Source: Octopus sinensis
Lineage: Eukaryota
Length of the DNA: 64,000 bases
Direction of reading: 5' to 3'
Assembly: GCF_006345805.1 (NCBI RefSeq)
Contig: NC_042997.1
Location: 139,624,001 to 139,688,000 of the forward strand
Below the pieces are notes generated by a model. That model ran no database searches, was not told where the DNA came from, and saw only the letters and a program-made list of their open reading frames with translations. Both the position numbers and the translations under genes were made by a program. Shown one piece after another: positions 12,701 to 27,203 of this stretch (within the stretch, counting starts at the first letter, position 1; every line of letters starts with the position of its first letter).

Positions 12701-15700
12701 TCTGTTGTACAAATGTCTTGTTTTCAAAAGTTCTGAATTAAAATCTTCCACCAAACCTTAGTTGTAATTTATGTTCCTAACACTAGCTTATGACAACAAA
12801 GTTATTTTACTAAATTCTTCATTATATTTAAAATTAATTGAAATAAACACAGAGTATCTCAACAAAAGGGTTAATGTTACAGAGATCAGAATTAGGAACT
12901 GGCCATATGAAACCTTAAATGTAATAAAAAGATTTAACTATTTATTTAATCTAATCTATCTGTATACCTGGGGTTCATTTTAAGTAATTTTGAATGAATA
13001 TCTTATATTTATTATTAAGTTTCTGTTGTATTTCATTGAACTATAAAAATTCAAGCTCTTCACTTCATTATTTGTTAAGATTATATCTATAGAAATTATA
13101 ACCAGCACTGATTTTTTATGACATTTCATATCCAAGACATTACATGTAAACAAACATTGAGACAAAGATAAGAAAAGAGTAATGGGCATATATGTTATAT
13201 TTTGGGAGTTTTTGCTCCTTCATCTGTTGATGAAAGAGCAAAAACTCAGATACAAAATGTGTAACAAAAATCAGTGCTATAGAATATCTGTAGAGATAAC
13301 CTTAACAAGTGATGTAAAGTGCATTACTAACACAGTAGAACATGGTATTGACTTATAAAATCGTTTAATATATTTTATAGTATATTATAATTGCATAACA
13401 AAATACCGTATCCTTACAAGTCATTAATATTTTCATTTCATTGTTCCTTTTGCATCTTTCAGCCTGAGAAGGCAATGGGAATGTTATCCTATATAGAGAA
13501 ACTTCTTCTTCATGTTACCAAATGCAATAACAGCCCCTCAGGAGACAAAGTAGATAAAAATGAAAGCCTTGACAGTTCTGTCGCAAGTGAATTAGGGACC
13601 TCAGAACTGTATCGGCCAAAAATTAGTTTGGTAAGTTAAATGCTAAGTTTCTAAGTTCAAGCATGTCTGTGTGTGTGTGTATGTATGCATGCATGCATAT
13701 AATATATGCATATATACACATCTACCAACTTATACCTTTATAATGATTTCAAAATAGATCAAATTTTGAAGTGATTTGAAATCCTGTTGTAGTCAACTTT
13801 ACCTTTTATCTTTCCAGGATTACTAAAAATTTCTGTGAAGTACTTTTTTATTTTTATAACAATCTCTTCTTTGTCATAATTTCAGTATAAAACCCGATGT
13901 CTGATAATGATGAAGTCATTAAAAGCATGCAAACGAGAAATCAAAGTATTGATGAGTAGCCAAGCAACTGTAAGTATTCAAATCATGGGATTATAACATA
14001 TTAAGACAACAAACTAGAATCAAATTCCATTATATTCTTATGTGTATCTTAAGTTTTAAGTGATTTTTTTTCCAAGCCAGCATAGATTTCCTTTTAATGT
14101 GTAAAATTAAAACAATGTAGAGGAAAATTAGAGTGGTGTGTTCTATGTAAGTGAGTGTATGTGTAAATAGATGGTTGTGAGAATGGAGAGATAATGGAAT
14201 TCTGAAGTACACCTAAATTGATAGGACAGATATTATACAGATTCTTATCAGTGTATATTTTGACAGGAAGATTCCTCTCTCAGTACTTAGTAATAAGTTC
14301 AGCTGAAGGATTGGTAACTTTGTTAAAAGTTCTTTATCACTGACCTGGATGAGTAGCTTTGATAGAGAAGGGTTAGGATATGTTTTGTTTACCAGACTTG
14401 GAAAGATCAAAGGTTGAACACATTTTCTGCTGTAGTAATATTTTGCCATATCTACATTTATTGAATGTGTGTTGTTGTTTAGCCCAAGAACAGCCTTGAT
14501 TGACTAGACCTACAGCCAAAGGCATTATGACCACAGCTGTCTCATCTTTTTTCAGATACAATGAGTCGATCAGATACAGATGCAGAGATGTCAAAAGTAC
14601 CAGGCTACATAGCTCATGTGCTAGTTACTTGCTTAATTAATTAATTAAGCATGCATTCATTTGTTAAGTGATCCACTGGACTGAAACGTATACAAAGCTT
14701 TTTTTTTAATTACTGAGAGAGTTTTAGTAAATTAATTCTGAATAGAGTTATCTCCTATAAGTTTCACTTTAGGTGTATACTTAAATGCCGAACCACAGAT
14801 GTCAGGTTTCTAGCCAGAGGTGTTTTAGGTTAAGAAAAAAAAACATCTTTATATTGCAGAAGGTGTTTACAAGGTTCCTTATATTGTAGATTAATAAGCA
14901 CCAGAGAAAGTTGAATACCCCATGAAGGTGCTTTTAGCATGATTATTATTGGCAACATGTTCAATGAGAAATTCAGTATAGAAATAGATGTTCACCAGAG
15001 CTCTAGCCACTTTTTATGATTGTAGTCCTTGAGTTCAAAACTACTTGAGATTAGTAGCTTTTAATATGCTGATGATCTAGTCATCATAGCATAATATGTT
15101 GAAATGTGACACAAAAAAGTTCCAATCCTAGACGCATGGTATAGAACCCACTGGTAGAAAGGTCAAGAAAGAAATGGCCAAAGTGTTAGCAAGAGAAACA
15201 GTGTGTGTATATATGAGTAGAAATTAACTACATTCATATGCAGAAAGTTAATAGATGAGAATCCAATACTGTATGTTGAGTGCAAGCAGTGAATACACAA
15301 AAAAGCAGTGGAATCTATGCAGACTTACAGAGAATCAAAACATCAAATAGGATATGAGCACAGGGGTAGTTAGTTGTGGGTATACCCAGGAACATAAGTT
15401 CATAAACTGCTCAAATTACTCTCTTAGTGTAATTACAGTTTCTGCTGTTTAGTGACAGTTTCTGTTGTTTCTTCCAATAGAAGTTTAATTACTATTGGAA
15501 GTGGCTGCAGCAATATTAGAGTGGCTAGAGGAAAGAAGTAATAAAATAGAGGGAGCTATTACTTCTTATTTCTTTATTGCCCACAAGGGGCTAAACATAG
15601 AGGGGACAAACAAGTACAGACAAAGGGATTAAGTTGATTACATGGACCCCAGTGCATAACTGGTACTTAATTTATCGACCCCGAAAGGATGAAAGGCAAA

Positions 15701-18700
15701 GTCAACCTCGGCAGAATTTGAACTCAGAACGTAAAGACAGACGAAATACCGCTAAGCATTTCACCCAGCGTGCTAACGTTTCTGCCAGTTCTGTTAGCAA
15801 CAAGCATTTCCCTTTTTATATAAAAATTAGAATGAATGAAACATGCATAGGAAGTGTAAAACTACAAGATAATGAGTCATGGTTGCTGGAGAGAAATAAA
15901 GCATGCACGATTTGTTGAATATGTGTTGAATGTTAACTTAGTTGAAAAAGGAGTACAAGTGCAGTAATGAAGATGCATGGCACTAAATGACATCAGCCAA
16001 AACATGAAGGTGAAGTAACTTGCTGGTGTTGAAATGTAATGTTTATGAATTATAAATGTTGGATGAAAAAATGATGTGTATTTCGGCATGTAAAAAGATA
16101 GAGGGAATTGTAGGATGAATTGGAGAAATCAGATCACAAGATGTTGGGTCTCACAGAAAAAATTTTTTTAAATGAGATGATTGGTGATATGTCAGTCCTG
16201 TGCAGCCTTTGCCATTTACAAAATTTTGCCCTTAAAATGTTGAGAATGCAAGCTAATGCACAGTCAGCCTTGTTTGTTTTTAAGCCTTGTTAAACCTTGT
16301 TATCACATATACATACATTCTATTGAACCCATGTTTTAATAAAATGTAATCACATTATATTGTGTGTAACTATACATGCAAAATATACATATTTATATAT
16401 TCTTTCTTGTATTTTCAGAACCCTTCTGTAGTATATTTGAAAAGCAATTTTGAATACCTGCGAGGCAGTTCACGTAAAGTAATAAAGATGCTGGGAACTG
16501 TACCCCAAAACACAGTCATCTCAGAGTCTGGGAATTGCTTGCCTGTCATGTATTACAATAACCTTGGCTGTATCCATTTCAACACACGGAAGCACCATCT
16601 GGGAGCATTTTACTTCCGTAAAGCAGTGGCAGAAAATGAAAGTGCTGTAAAAAATCTTAAAAAATCCTGTGATGATCCAGGTAAAGGAAATTTTTATACA
16701 TACATAAACACAGGTGTGGCTGTGTGGTAAGAAGCTTGCTTCCCAATCACATGGTTCCGGGTTCAGTCCCACAGTATAGAACCTTGGACAAGTGTTTTCC
16801 ACTGTAATGTTGGACCGACCATAGCCTTATGAGTGGATTTGATAGGCGGAAACTGAAAAAAGCCTGTTCTTTATATATATATATATTTACATGTGTGTCT
16901 TTGTGTCAGTGTTTGTCTCCCACTACTGCCTGACAACTGATGTCGATGTATTTATGTCCCCATAACTTAGCAGTTCAGCAAAAGAGAATGATAGAATAAG
17001 TACCCAGCTTTAATAAAGTAAGTGCATTGGTTGTTTCATTTGACTAAAATTTCCTCAAGGCAGTGCTCCAGCATGGCTACAGTGTAATGACTAAACACAA
17101 GTAAAAGATGAAAAATAAGAGAAATAGTATGTATATGCATACGTGTTGTTTCTTTTATCATACAGTCATAAAAATGCTCTATATTCACATTAGTAGTGCG
17201 GTAGTCTAATGCAGTAAGTAACAGTCTTATAGCTAATGATTTTGAAATTTTAGTTGACACAGGCCCTCACACACACACAGAGGCACATAGGCACACAAAA
17301 GCACACACAAACACAAAAGGTACAATGTAGGAGAATATAGTATTAAATTATCAGTAATGATTCCGAAAGATACTATAAATTTATAATTTAACGTTATATT
17401 CTCATGTATGTATGTGTGTGTGTGTGTGTATATATATATGAGTGTGTGTGTGCAGCACTATTTGTGTGACAGATTTTCTTCAGCCAGATACCCTTCTTGT
17501 TGCCATCCCCTATATATATATATATATACCATATACTTCTTTCAGTTTCCATCTACAAATCCATCACTGAGTTTTGGTCAGCCCAGAGTTATAGTAGAAG
17601 ACACTTATCCAACATCACATGGTTGGGGAAGCAAACTTCTTAATTACACATGTCTAATCTTTAATCACCCACTACACTCTCGGAGTGGTTGGCGTTAGGA
17701 AGGGCATCCAGCTGTAGAAACACTGCCAGATCTGACTGGCCTGGTGCAGCCTTCGGGCTCCCCAGACCCCAGTTGAACCGTCCAACCCATGCTAGCATGG
17801 AAAGCGGACGTTAAATGATGATGATGATGATGATTGATATTGAGTCAACATTTTATACATTTTTAAGAAAAGTCTTTGGATCAATTAAAACCCAAAAAAA
17901 AACCCCATGAGTATGGAAGCTTGTTTCTAAACTTTTATTGTAATTACATTATTACAATTACATAACAGACAGTCACTAAATCTCCATCAAATTATATACC
18001 TTACTGTCTTAAAAAAGCAGGATACATTGGATAATGTAGTCCTTGATATAAAAAAATACAGGATAGTTACAACTGGAATGCCTTGCATCACCGACCTGCT
18101 TGATGAGGGTGTCATTTACACAAAATTTCAGAGAAGCTCCAACTTATATGAAACTTATCATTATCATCATCATTTAGCATCTCCATTCCATGGGACTGGT
18201 AAGCTGGAGAGCTGCACCAGGTTCCAGTCTGATATAACATGGTTTCTACATCTGGATGCCCTTCCTAATGCCCATTACACTCCAAAAGTGTAATGGGTGC
18301 TTTTATGTGCCACTGATGTGGGTGCTTTTGCATACCACTGACACGGATGCTAGTTACTTGACCCCAGCATTGGGCATGCCTATGATTTCACTTGGCTTGA
18401 CAAGTCTTCTCAAGCACAGCATATTGCCAAAGGGATCGGTCACTTTGGTGAAAATAAGTTTCTACTGTAACCCACTTCTGCTCCTTCATTACTTCAGACT
18501 ACTTCACTCTGGCTGTTTATTAACTCTTTAAGAAATGTATGAATGAATCATAATTTATTAGAATTAGGCAATTACATTTTCTAGCTATCTATATTTCTAT
18601 TCTTTATGGCTTATTTGTGTTTTTCAGCAAAATGTGGTGCTCCTCTTCAAACTGTTGGAATGAGTCGGCATCATGAACTGTTGTATAACATGGGCGTTCA

Positions 18701-19596
18701 GCTATTACATTGCGGAATGCCTCAAGCTGCATTTGATTGTTTAATTCAAGCTGTCCAAGTTTACCAGATCAATCCACGGCTTTGGTTACGTCTTGCTGAG
18801 TGTTGTATAATGAATTACCGAGAGGTATAAACTTTAAAATGAACTTATCTACTATTTTCCTTTTGCTCTCTCTTACCCTTCTCTCGTTCTTTTAAAGATT
18901 TTTGGTTTTTGTCAGAAGGCAACTTCAGTACAGAAACCAGTTTTGATTCTTAGATGGTGTTCTTTCAATTGTAACATCACCTCTTCTGTTTTCCTAGTCT
19001 TAAAAATCTCAGGCTTTATTCTTAACAAACCTTTGTTGTCAGTGGCATCATCATTGTTGTCCTTATCATTATTATTAATCTCCAAGCAACCTGGCCATAA
19101 TAAGAATCAGCTGTGTAAATCTATGCAATGAAGCTATCAGCTTGGAGGCAAGGTCATTTGTTTGGTCATTTCAGGTCACAAGGTAATAGATGTGATAACA
19201 ATCAACAAGACCAAGATTTCTGGAATGCATACTGTCATAACCATCCTCAACAACTACAAAGTGCTCACCTTTCTTTGTTGGTCCAGATCAAATGGTAGAG
19301 TGGTACTATTTAGGAAATGTTTGGATCTCATGATGCAGATGATGCTAGATTTGGCAAACACATACACTGCTTATGATATATACTACTATCTCCCCTTTTT
19401 GTCTAAGTTCTTATCTGACCAGATTAGTGTGTCAGCCCTTTCAATTTTTGTGAAGGATAGTATCCATCCTTTATGTGGAGAGCTCAGTATGCAGTGTCCG
19501 ATAATGTACAGGCATGTGCTGAGTCTGTTCTGAAGGACTTTCAGCCCAGGGACTATGGGTAATTTCCAGAAATCCCTAGCCTGGTAGTGCTGCTAG

Positions 19597-19627
<31 letters not shown>

Positions 19628-22600
19628 GTTTAACGTCCACTTTCCATGCTGGCATGGGTTGGACGGTTTGACTGAGGGTTGGCTGCACCAGGCTCCAATC
19701 TGATCTGGCAAAGTTTCTACAGCTGGATGCCCTTCCTAACACAACTCCAAGAGTGTAGTGGGTGCTTTTACATGCCACTGGTACAAGAGCCAGTCAGGCA
19801 GTACTGGCATCAGCCACGCTCAAATGGTGCTTTTTATGTGTCACTGGCACAGGAGCCAGTCAGGTGACGCTGGCAACAATCATGCTTGAATGGTGCTTTT
19901 TACGCACCACCAGCACGGGAGCCAGTCAGCACCCCTGGCAATGATCACATTCGAATGGTGCTTTTAACGTTCCACTGGCATTGGTGCCAATCAGGCAGTA
20001 CTGTCATTAGCCACAACAACGATTTCACTTGCCTCAACAGGTCTTTGCAAGTGTAATTTATTGTCCAATGATTGAAGGGTACTCTTAAATGGGCTGGTTA
20101 TACAGCACTGGCATAGGCCACTGTTATGGTCTCACTTGGCTTGCTGGGTCTTCTCAAGCACAGCATATCTCCAAAGGTCTCAGTCATTTGTCATTACTTT
20201 GGTGAGGCCCAGTGTTCAATGGTCGTGCTTCGCCACCTCATCCCAGGTCTTCCTGGGTCTACCTCTTCCACAGGTTCCCTCAACTGCTAGGGTGTGACAC
20301 TTTTTCACACAGCTGTCCTCATCCATTCGCAACACATGACCATACCAACACAGTCGTCTCTCTTACACACCACATCTGATGCTTCTTAAGTCCAGCTTTT
20401 CTGTCAGGGTGCTTACACTGTTGTATATGCACACTGACATTACACATCCGGTGCAGCATACTGGCTTCATTCCTTGCAAGCTTATACATGTCCGCAGAAG
20501 TCACGGCCCATGTTTCACTGCCATGTAGCATGGCTGTTCGCATACATGCGCCATGCAGTCTACCTTTTACTCTAAATGAGAAGCCCTTTGTCACTAGCAG
20601 TGGTAGGAGCTCTCTGAACTTTTCTCAGGCTATTCTTATTATAGCAGCTACACTTTCAGAGCATCCACCCCTGCTACTGATTTGGTCATCTAGGTAACAG
20701 AAGCTGTTCTCTGCACATTTTCAGTGTTTATTGCTCCTGAGCATTTGCCACACACAAAACTATCTTCCCAGTTAGCCTTCCTTTGATATTGCTGCACCTC
20801 TTATGTGTCCATAGTTTACACTGGGTACATCTTATATTTTGTACCTATGCCTTTTCTACAGATCAAGCAGGGCCATCTACCTGAATGGATTTGTGGTTTG
20901 TCAGCCTTCCTACATATTAAGACTTTGGTTTTTGCTAGGTTGACTCTAAGGCCCTTCGATTCTAATCCTTGCTTCCACATTTGAAACTTCTCTAGTTCTG
21001 ATAGTGATTCAGCTATTACAGCAAGGTCATCAGCATAGAGAAGCTCCCAGGGGCGTCCTGTCTTGAATTCCTCTGTTATTGCCTGGAGGACTATGATGAA
21101 TAAGAGGGGATTGAGAACTGATCCTCAAGATGAAATCATAGGCTCTGAAGTACTGTCAACTGTGCTTATTGAAGATGAGAATAGAGGAGCAAAGCCATTC
21201 TGTATGCACTTTGAGTATTGCTTGTAAGAATTTACACTTTGATTTACTGAAAACATCATTTTTGATCATTTGCAGAGCAATGAAGATGATAAAAAATTAA
21301 AAAGGCGTATGGAAGTTATCCAGGGGTCAGTTGCCAGTGGTGTTCATCGAAAACTTATCTTAGGGTCAACTACCAAACATGTAGCTCCAAGGTTTGTGAT
21401 TTACTTTCTTTTTAGGAATTTTGACATTTTTCATGACAGATGAAATCAATATTGTTCTGGAAAAAACATTGCATAATTATGTCTTTGTTTTTTTTTTTTA
21501 ATTCTTTTTAGTCATAATCCAGCAATTCCAGCACCATCTCTAGAATTTGCTGCCCTGTGTTTGCGAAATGCTTTGTTATTACTTCCAGAACATCCTCATC
21601 AGTCTGAAGTCAATGAAGAACATGCTGAAGCAAAGTAAGGCATTTGATGTAACTGATTTGTTGTAATAAATAGTAATGTTGTACCTTCCACTTGCAATCT
21701 CTGTATAAGGTTTGTTGTTCTTAAATCAAAGACTATAACCTATAACCCTTTTTTAAAATCTTCATTTTTCAGAACTATTATTTTTTTTTACATAAATTAT
21801 TGTTATTTATTCAATTATTTATTTAATTTTTGTTGATGTTCTACAACTTAGTCTACTATTTAGTTTTCATTGTGTGTATTTATCTTGACTACTAACAATT
21901 TTTTTTCCACATGTGAACTGTCCTTCTCTGGTAATTACACACTTTTGATGACAGAAGACAGCCATATATAGCTAATTTACCTGACTATGACTAGACCTGT
22001 AATCAAGAAAAATTGCATATGTAATCTATATGAAATTAAGATTTAATTAACTTTTATTGTAATTTATTATAAAAAAGCTAAATGTCATTAATTTTAATAT
22101 CATGGTCATTTTTGTATCTATCTTTTCAGCAAGTCTGATATATTCCTTGTACCAGCCCCACCTAGTAATCCTATGCGTGCAGCAGAAGTGAGCAATCTCC
22201 GGTATGTGTATCTATATTCATATTATAGAACTAGTGTGACACTGTGTTAAATAGAATGGCTGGTTGCCATGTGAATGAATATAGAAAAACAAATATTTCA
22301 ACATGCTTATCTCCTTGCTTCATACATATAAACCTACTCATATAATTGTATCCATATTGTGTGTCTACAAAATACAAGAGTAAGGCAGCAAACAAAGAGG
22401 ACAGAAGAGAAGCAGCTAATAAAGCAGGGAACAAATTGTATGACATAAAAATAGTAAAGAACATGTAAGGTAGTGACATGTTAACTGCCTTGTCATTGTA
22501 ATAAATAGAAAATAAAATATGACTAATAAGATGGGGAAAGGGGAGTGTAAAAGCTGATAGCGAGAACAAGTAGAGAAATAATATATGGCAACTTGTGACT

Positions 22601-25600
22601 ATTCTGGCTCTTCCTTAAAACTGTAATAGAGTTTGATATGAATGACATTGTGTAGAATAATATTATTTATACTCAAAAAAATATATATTACATTTGGTGA
22701 GGCAATGAAAATGTTACTGAAATAAGGGATATAGTGACTTCCGAGCCCTTGTTAGTTCTGCTAACTACGAAATTGTTGCAAAATTTAATTTTGTTTCCTT
22801 GTTTCAGGTGTTCAATTCTGACTGCTAGTGCCTATGTATCTCTGTGTCTCAACGACCATCTTATTGCTCTAAATTACACCAACAGTTTACTTTCCCAACC
22901 ACGTCTTTCTGGAGCACAAAGGTAACTTCCATTCATTTCTTTGGTTTCTAAATTAATACTAACATCATTGTAATTCACTTTGATTTTGAGAAAAAAAAAT
23001 TTACTTGATTACTCAGTTAATTTGCTTTGTTCCATGATATTCTGAAAATATAGCTCAGTAAATTAAAGGGAATTATAGAGGAGATGGTGGTATCCTAGAT
23101 TGCTGAGATTGATCAATGACAAAGAGGGAGATATCATTACCATGTCTTAAGGTTTTCAGATTAATTGACGGAGAATAAGAGTCAAGGCTGAATAGTTATT
23201 ATCATGAAAAAAGAAGTGTTCAACGAATACAACATACCTTTTTGGATTTGCATTTCTTTTTCCTAATTTGGTTGTTATGAAACACCCACTTGTTTGAGTT
23301 GTTTGAGCATCAATTAGAATTCCTTGCAGAGCTTATTCTAACACTGAGCTCTAAGTTAAAATCTTGCTGAAGTCAATTTTGTCTTTCATCCTTATGAGAT
23401 CAAGAAATAAAAATACCAGTCAGATGTTGGGTGTGTGTGTGTGTGTGTGTAGAAGTGGTGGGGAGTTCTTAATTTCTCCCTCTTTCTCTCTCTCAGAATC
23501 CAATATGTTATTCTGTGAGAAAGATCACAGCACCATACACAGCATCCTTTCATACAGAAATGAGGAAGGATTGAATAACCATTTCTCACCAAAAAAACTG
23601 ATATGCTACTAGAAATATGCAGTGATGGCCTAATTTACTGTACAGAATAGAACAGAAATTAAGAAAACAAAAACAACACACCTGACTGAAAATTACAGAT
23701 GAATATTAGTAACTTACTGCTTCCTATAATTCTCTACTTACTTAGGAATAGTAACAATTATCATATACTGGAGGACAAAAGGATATAGCAATATGCAGTG
23801 TTGGGGTTATCTCCCTGAAAGATGTTTTTCACTGGGACTGTTAGATAGACATTGATGCTTTTTGAATAGAGTTGGTACAGCTATAGAGTATGAAAGCAAA
23901 AATGATACTGTCTGATCTATAAGCTTATAATAGAATAGACTCAGTTTAAGATTTAAGGTGCAGACATGGCTGTCTGGTTAAGAAGTTTGCCTCTCAGCCA
24001 CATAATTTCAGGTTCAGTCCTTATTGTATGACATTTTGGGCAAGTGCAACAATAGCACCAAGCCAACCAAAACCTTGTGAGTGGATTTGTTAGGAACTGA
24101 AAGAATCTCATCATGTGTGTGTTTGTGTCTCTTTGTCTTGATGTCATAAAAAAAATTGGAAACAGGTGAGGGTTGGTAACAACAATGGCATCCAGCCATA
24201 AAAAGCAATGATAATGATTCCTGTCAATGCTTTTGTCATATGTCATTGTAAAAACACTTAACTTACCAAAGTCAACCTAGTAGGCAACTTTCATTTCACA
24301 AGGTAAAAGACAGGTAACAGTCTTGCTAATTATTATTTTATGTCAAGTCAGTATTTATTTGAAAATGAGTAAATATAAGCAGAGTAGTTTCAGCAATACT
24401 TGAAAATTTGGGGCTATTTAAGGCCATCCAACCTAGGCAAGTATGAAAAATTGAATGTGTGATCATTTGAAAGAAATGAGTAAAATAATTTGTTTAATAT
24501 TCTGTATTGTCTTACAGGTACCTTGCACACTTATATGCATCTGAAGCATTGGTACATCTAGACAGAATAGCTGATGCCATCCAACATCTGAATCCAGAGT
24601 ACAGTAAGGATGTCAGTGTTTGTTCACAGGAACAGAAATCGGACCAAGGTATGATCTTTTTTCCTCTTGAATACTTTCTGCATATGTCTCAGGCATATAT
24701 ATATGTCACTTCATTAGATTGTCATCAAAGATTGGAAATAATGAATAGCTATAACTCATTTTCATGAGAATAGATTTCACTTCTGTATCATAAATATTAA
24801 GTTGTAAGAAGGCTATTTGTAAAATGTTCGAGAAAACTGTTGTTACAAATTTGAATTTGTAAATGAAAATATATACAAGACATCCTACCCACCATTAGTA
24901 ATATGAAGAAACAGAGGTAACACAACAAATTCTATCAGTCTCTTTTGCCGAACTGCTAAGTTACAGGGACATAAATGCACCAACGCCAGTTGTTAAGCAG
25001 TGATGGGGGAACAAACACAGGCATAAAGACACACACACACACACACACAGATATATACATATATATATATATATATATGTGACAGGCTTCTTTCTGTTTC
25101 CATCTACCAAACCCACTCACAAGGATATATTACCCGTGGCACGTAAAAGGGCACCATTCGAGCGTGACCGTTACCAACGTCGCTTCACTGGCACCTGTGC
25201 CGGTGGCATGTGTAAAAAGATTCGAGCGAGGTCATTGCCAGTACCGCCTGACTGGCCCCCGTGCCGGTGGCACGTAAAAAGCACCCACTACACTCGGAGT
25301 GGTTGGCATTAGGAAGGGCGCCCAGCTGTAGAAACTCTGCCAGATCAAGATTGGAGCCTGGTGCAGCGATCTGGCTCGCCAGCCCTCAGTCAAAATCGTC
25401 CAGCCCATGCTAGCATGGAAAGCAGACATTAAATGATGATGATGATGAATATGTTGTGTGTACTGTTAGATGTACGACTGCTACTGTTTGAGTTTGGAGC
25501 TCCATGTACATTCAGTCTGCCTTTAGTATATTGCTTAGGTTACTACTATATTTAGTAATATAACTGTTCGTTCTGTACATAGATAATGTAGAAAGAATTA

Positions 25601-27141
25601 TGATAAACACTAGTTAGACATTTGATCTCAGTAATATAATGCAATAAATCTGTTCCTCTGCTGATTCATTGTGGTTAAAGCATCCAACTACTCTTGGAAC
25701 ATCAAATGCCATGGTTCCAAATAACCACAATTTTGAAATGTGCATAGAGAACAAATGATACAAACTTGTGTTCATCATAATTTCTCATATATATGTATAA
25801 AGAGAGATAGATTAGATAGATAGGTAGATAGTTAGATTGATTGATTGATTGTTGCTCCCTCTTGAAGCAACACAGAATGTTTTGAAGCATACAAAGTAAT
25901 CTATTTTTCCATATGGAGTTCTATAATTTACATTTACTCCATATAATTAATCTCATTATCAACTGGTAATGTTGTGTATAACCTGACCAGTGTTATTTAC
26001 TTTAATAGATAAAAATGACAAAGTGGATAAAAGTGACCGTGATCTGGCAGACACTACTGAGACTAAAGGTAAGACCTGTTTTTGCCTTTTTATTTTCCCT
26101 TTGGATACCCACAAACCTGAGACTGCCTCTGGTTGTTGGATACAAAAACCACCTGGTTCAAAGTGTTTGTATTTTAATTTAAACATTTATCTTTTACTTG
26201 TTCCTGTCTCTAGACTGCAGCCATGCAGAGGCACTGCCTTGAAGGGTTTTGCTGAGCAAATCAACCCCAGTACTTACTTTTAGGCCTGATATTTATTGTA
26301 TGGGTCTCTTTTTACCAAACTGCTAAGTTAAGGGAACATAAACAAACCAACACAAGACACACACAGACATAGCTATATCCATACATATATTATAGTCACG
26401 GACATGAAGTTTGCTTCCCCTACCCAATCACATGGTTCTGTGTTCAGTCCCACTGCTTGACACCTCAAACAAGTGTCTTCTACTATAGCCTCAGGCTGAT
26501 CAAAGCTTGTGAGTAGATTTAGTAGCCAGAAACTGAAAGAAGCTTATCATATATATGTGTGTGTGTCTTTGTGTCTGTGTTTGTTCCTCCCCACCACTTG
26601 ACAACCGTTGTTGGTGTGTTTATATCTCCTGTATCTTAGCAGTTCAACAAAAGAGACTGATAGAATATGTACTGGCATTGATTCATTTGATTAAAATTCT
26701 TCAAGGCAGTGTCCCAGCATGACTGCAGTCTAATGAGTGAAATAAATAAAAGATGAAAGATGAGAGTACATGTTTAGATATACAATGGGTTTCTTTCAGT
26801 CTCCATCTACTAAATCCAGTCACAAGGCTTTGGTTGGCCTGAGGCTATAGTGGAAGATACTTGTCCAAAGTACTGCACTGTGGGCCTGAACCAAGATTAC
26901 ATGGTTAGAAAGCAAGCTTCTTACCACACAACCACACCTACTCTTTTACTTGTTTCAGTCATTTGACTGTGGCCATGCTGGAGCACCGCCTTTAGTCAAG
27001 CAAATCGACTCCAGGACTTATTCTTTGTAAGCCTAGTACTTATTCTATTGGTCTCATTTGCCGAACCGCTAAATTACGGGGACGTAAACACACCACCATC
27101 GGTTGTCAAGCGATATTGGGGGGACAAACACAGACACACAA

Positions 27142-27203
<62 letters not shown>

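Noticed and set aside
14556-14600. Extra CNOT10 exon after ttttttcag
   Set aside because: In-frame stop at codon 3, poor donor, and it lies in repeat-derived sequence; exons 5 and 6 already join in frame.
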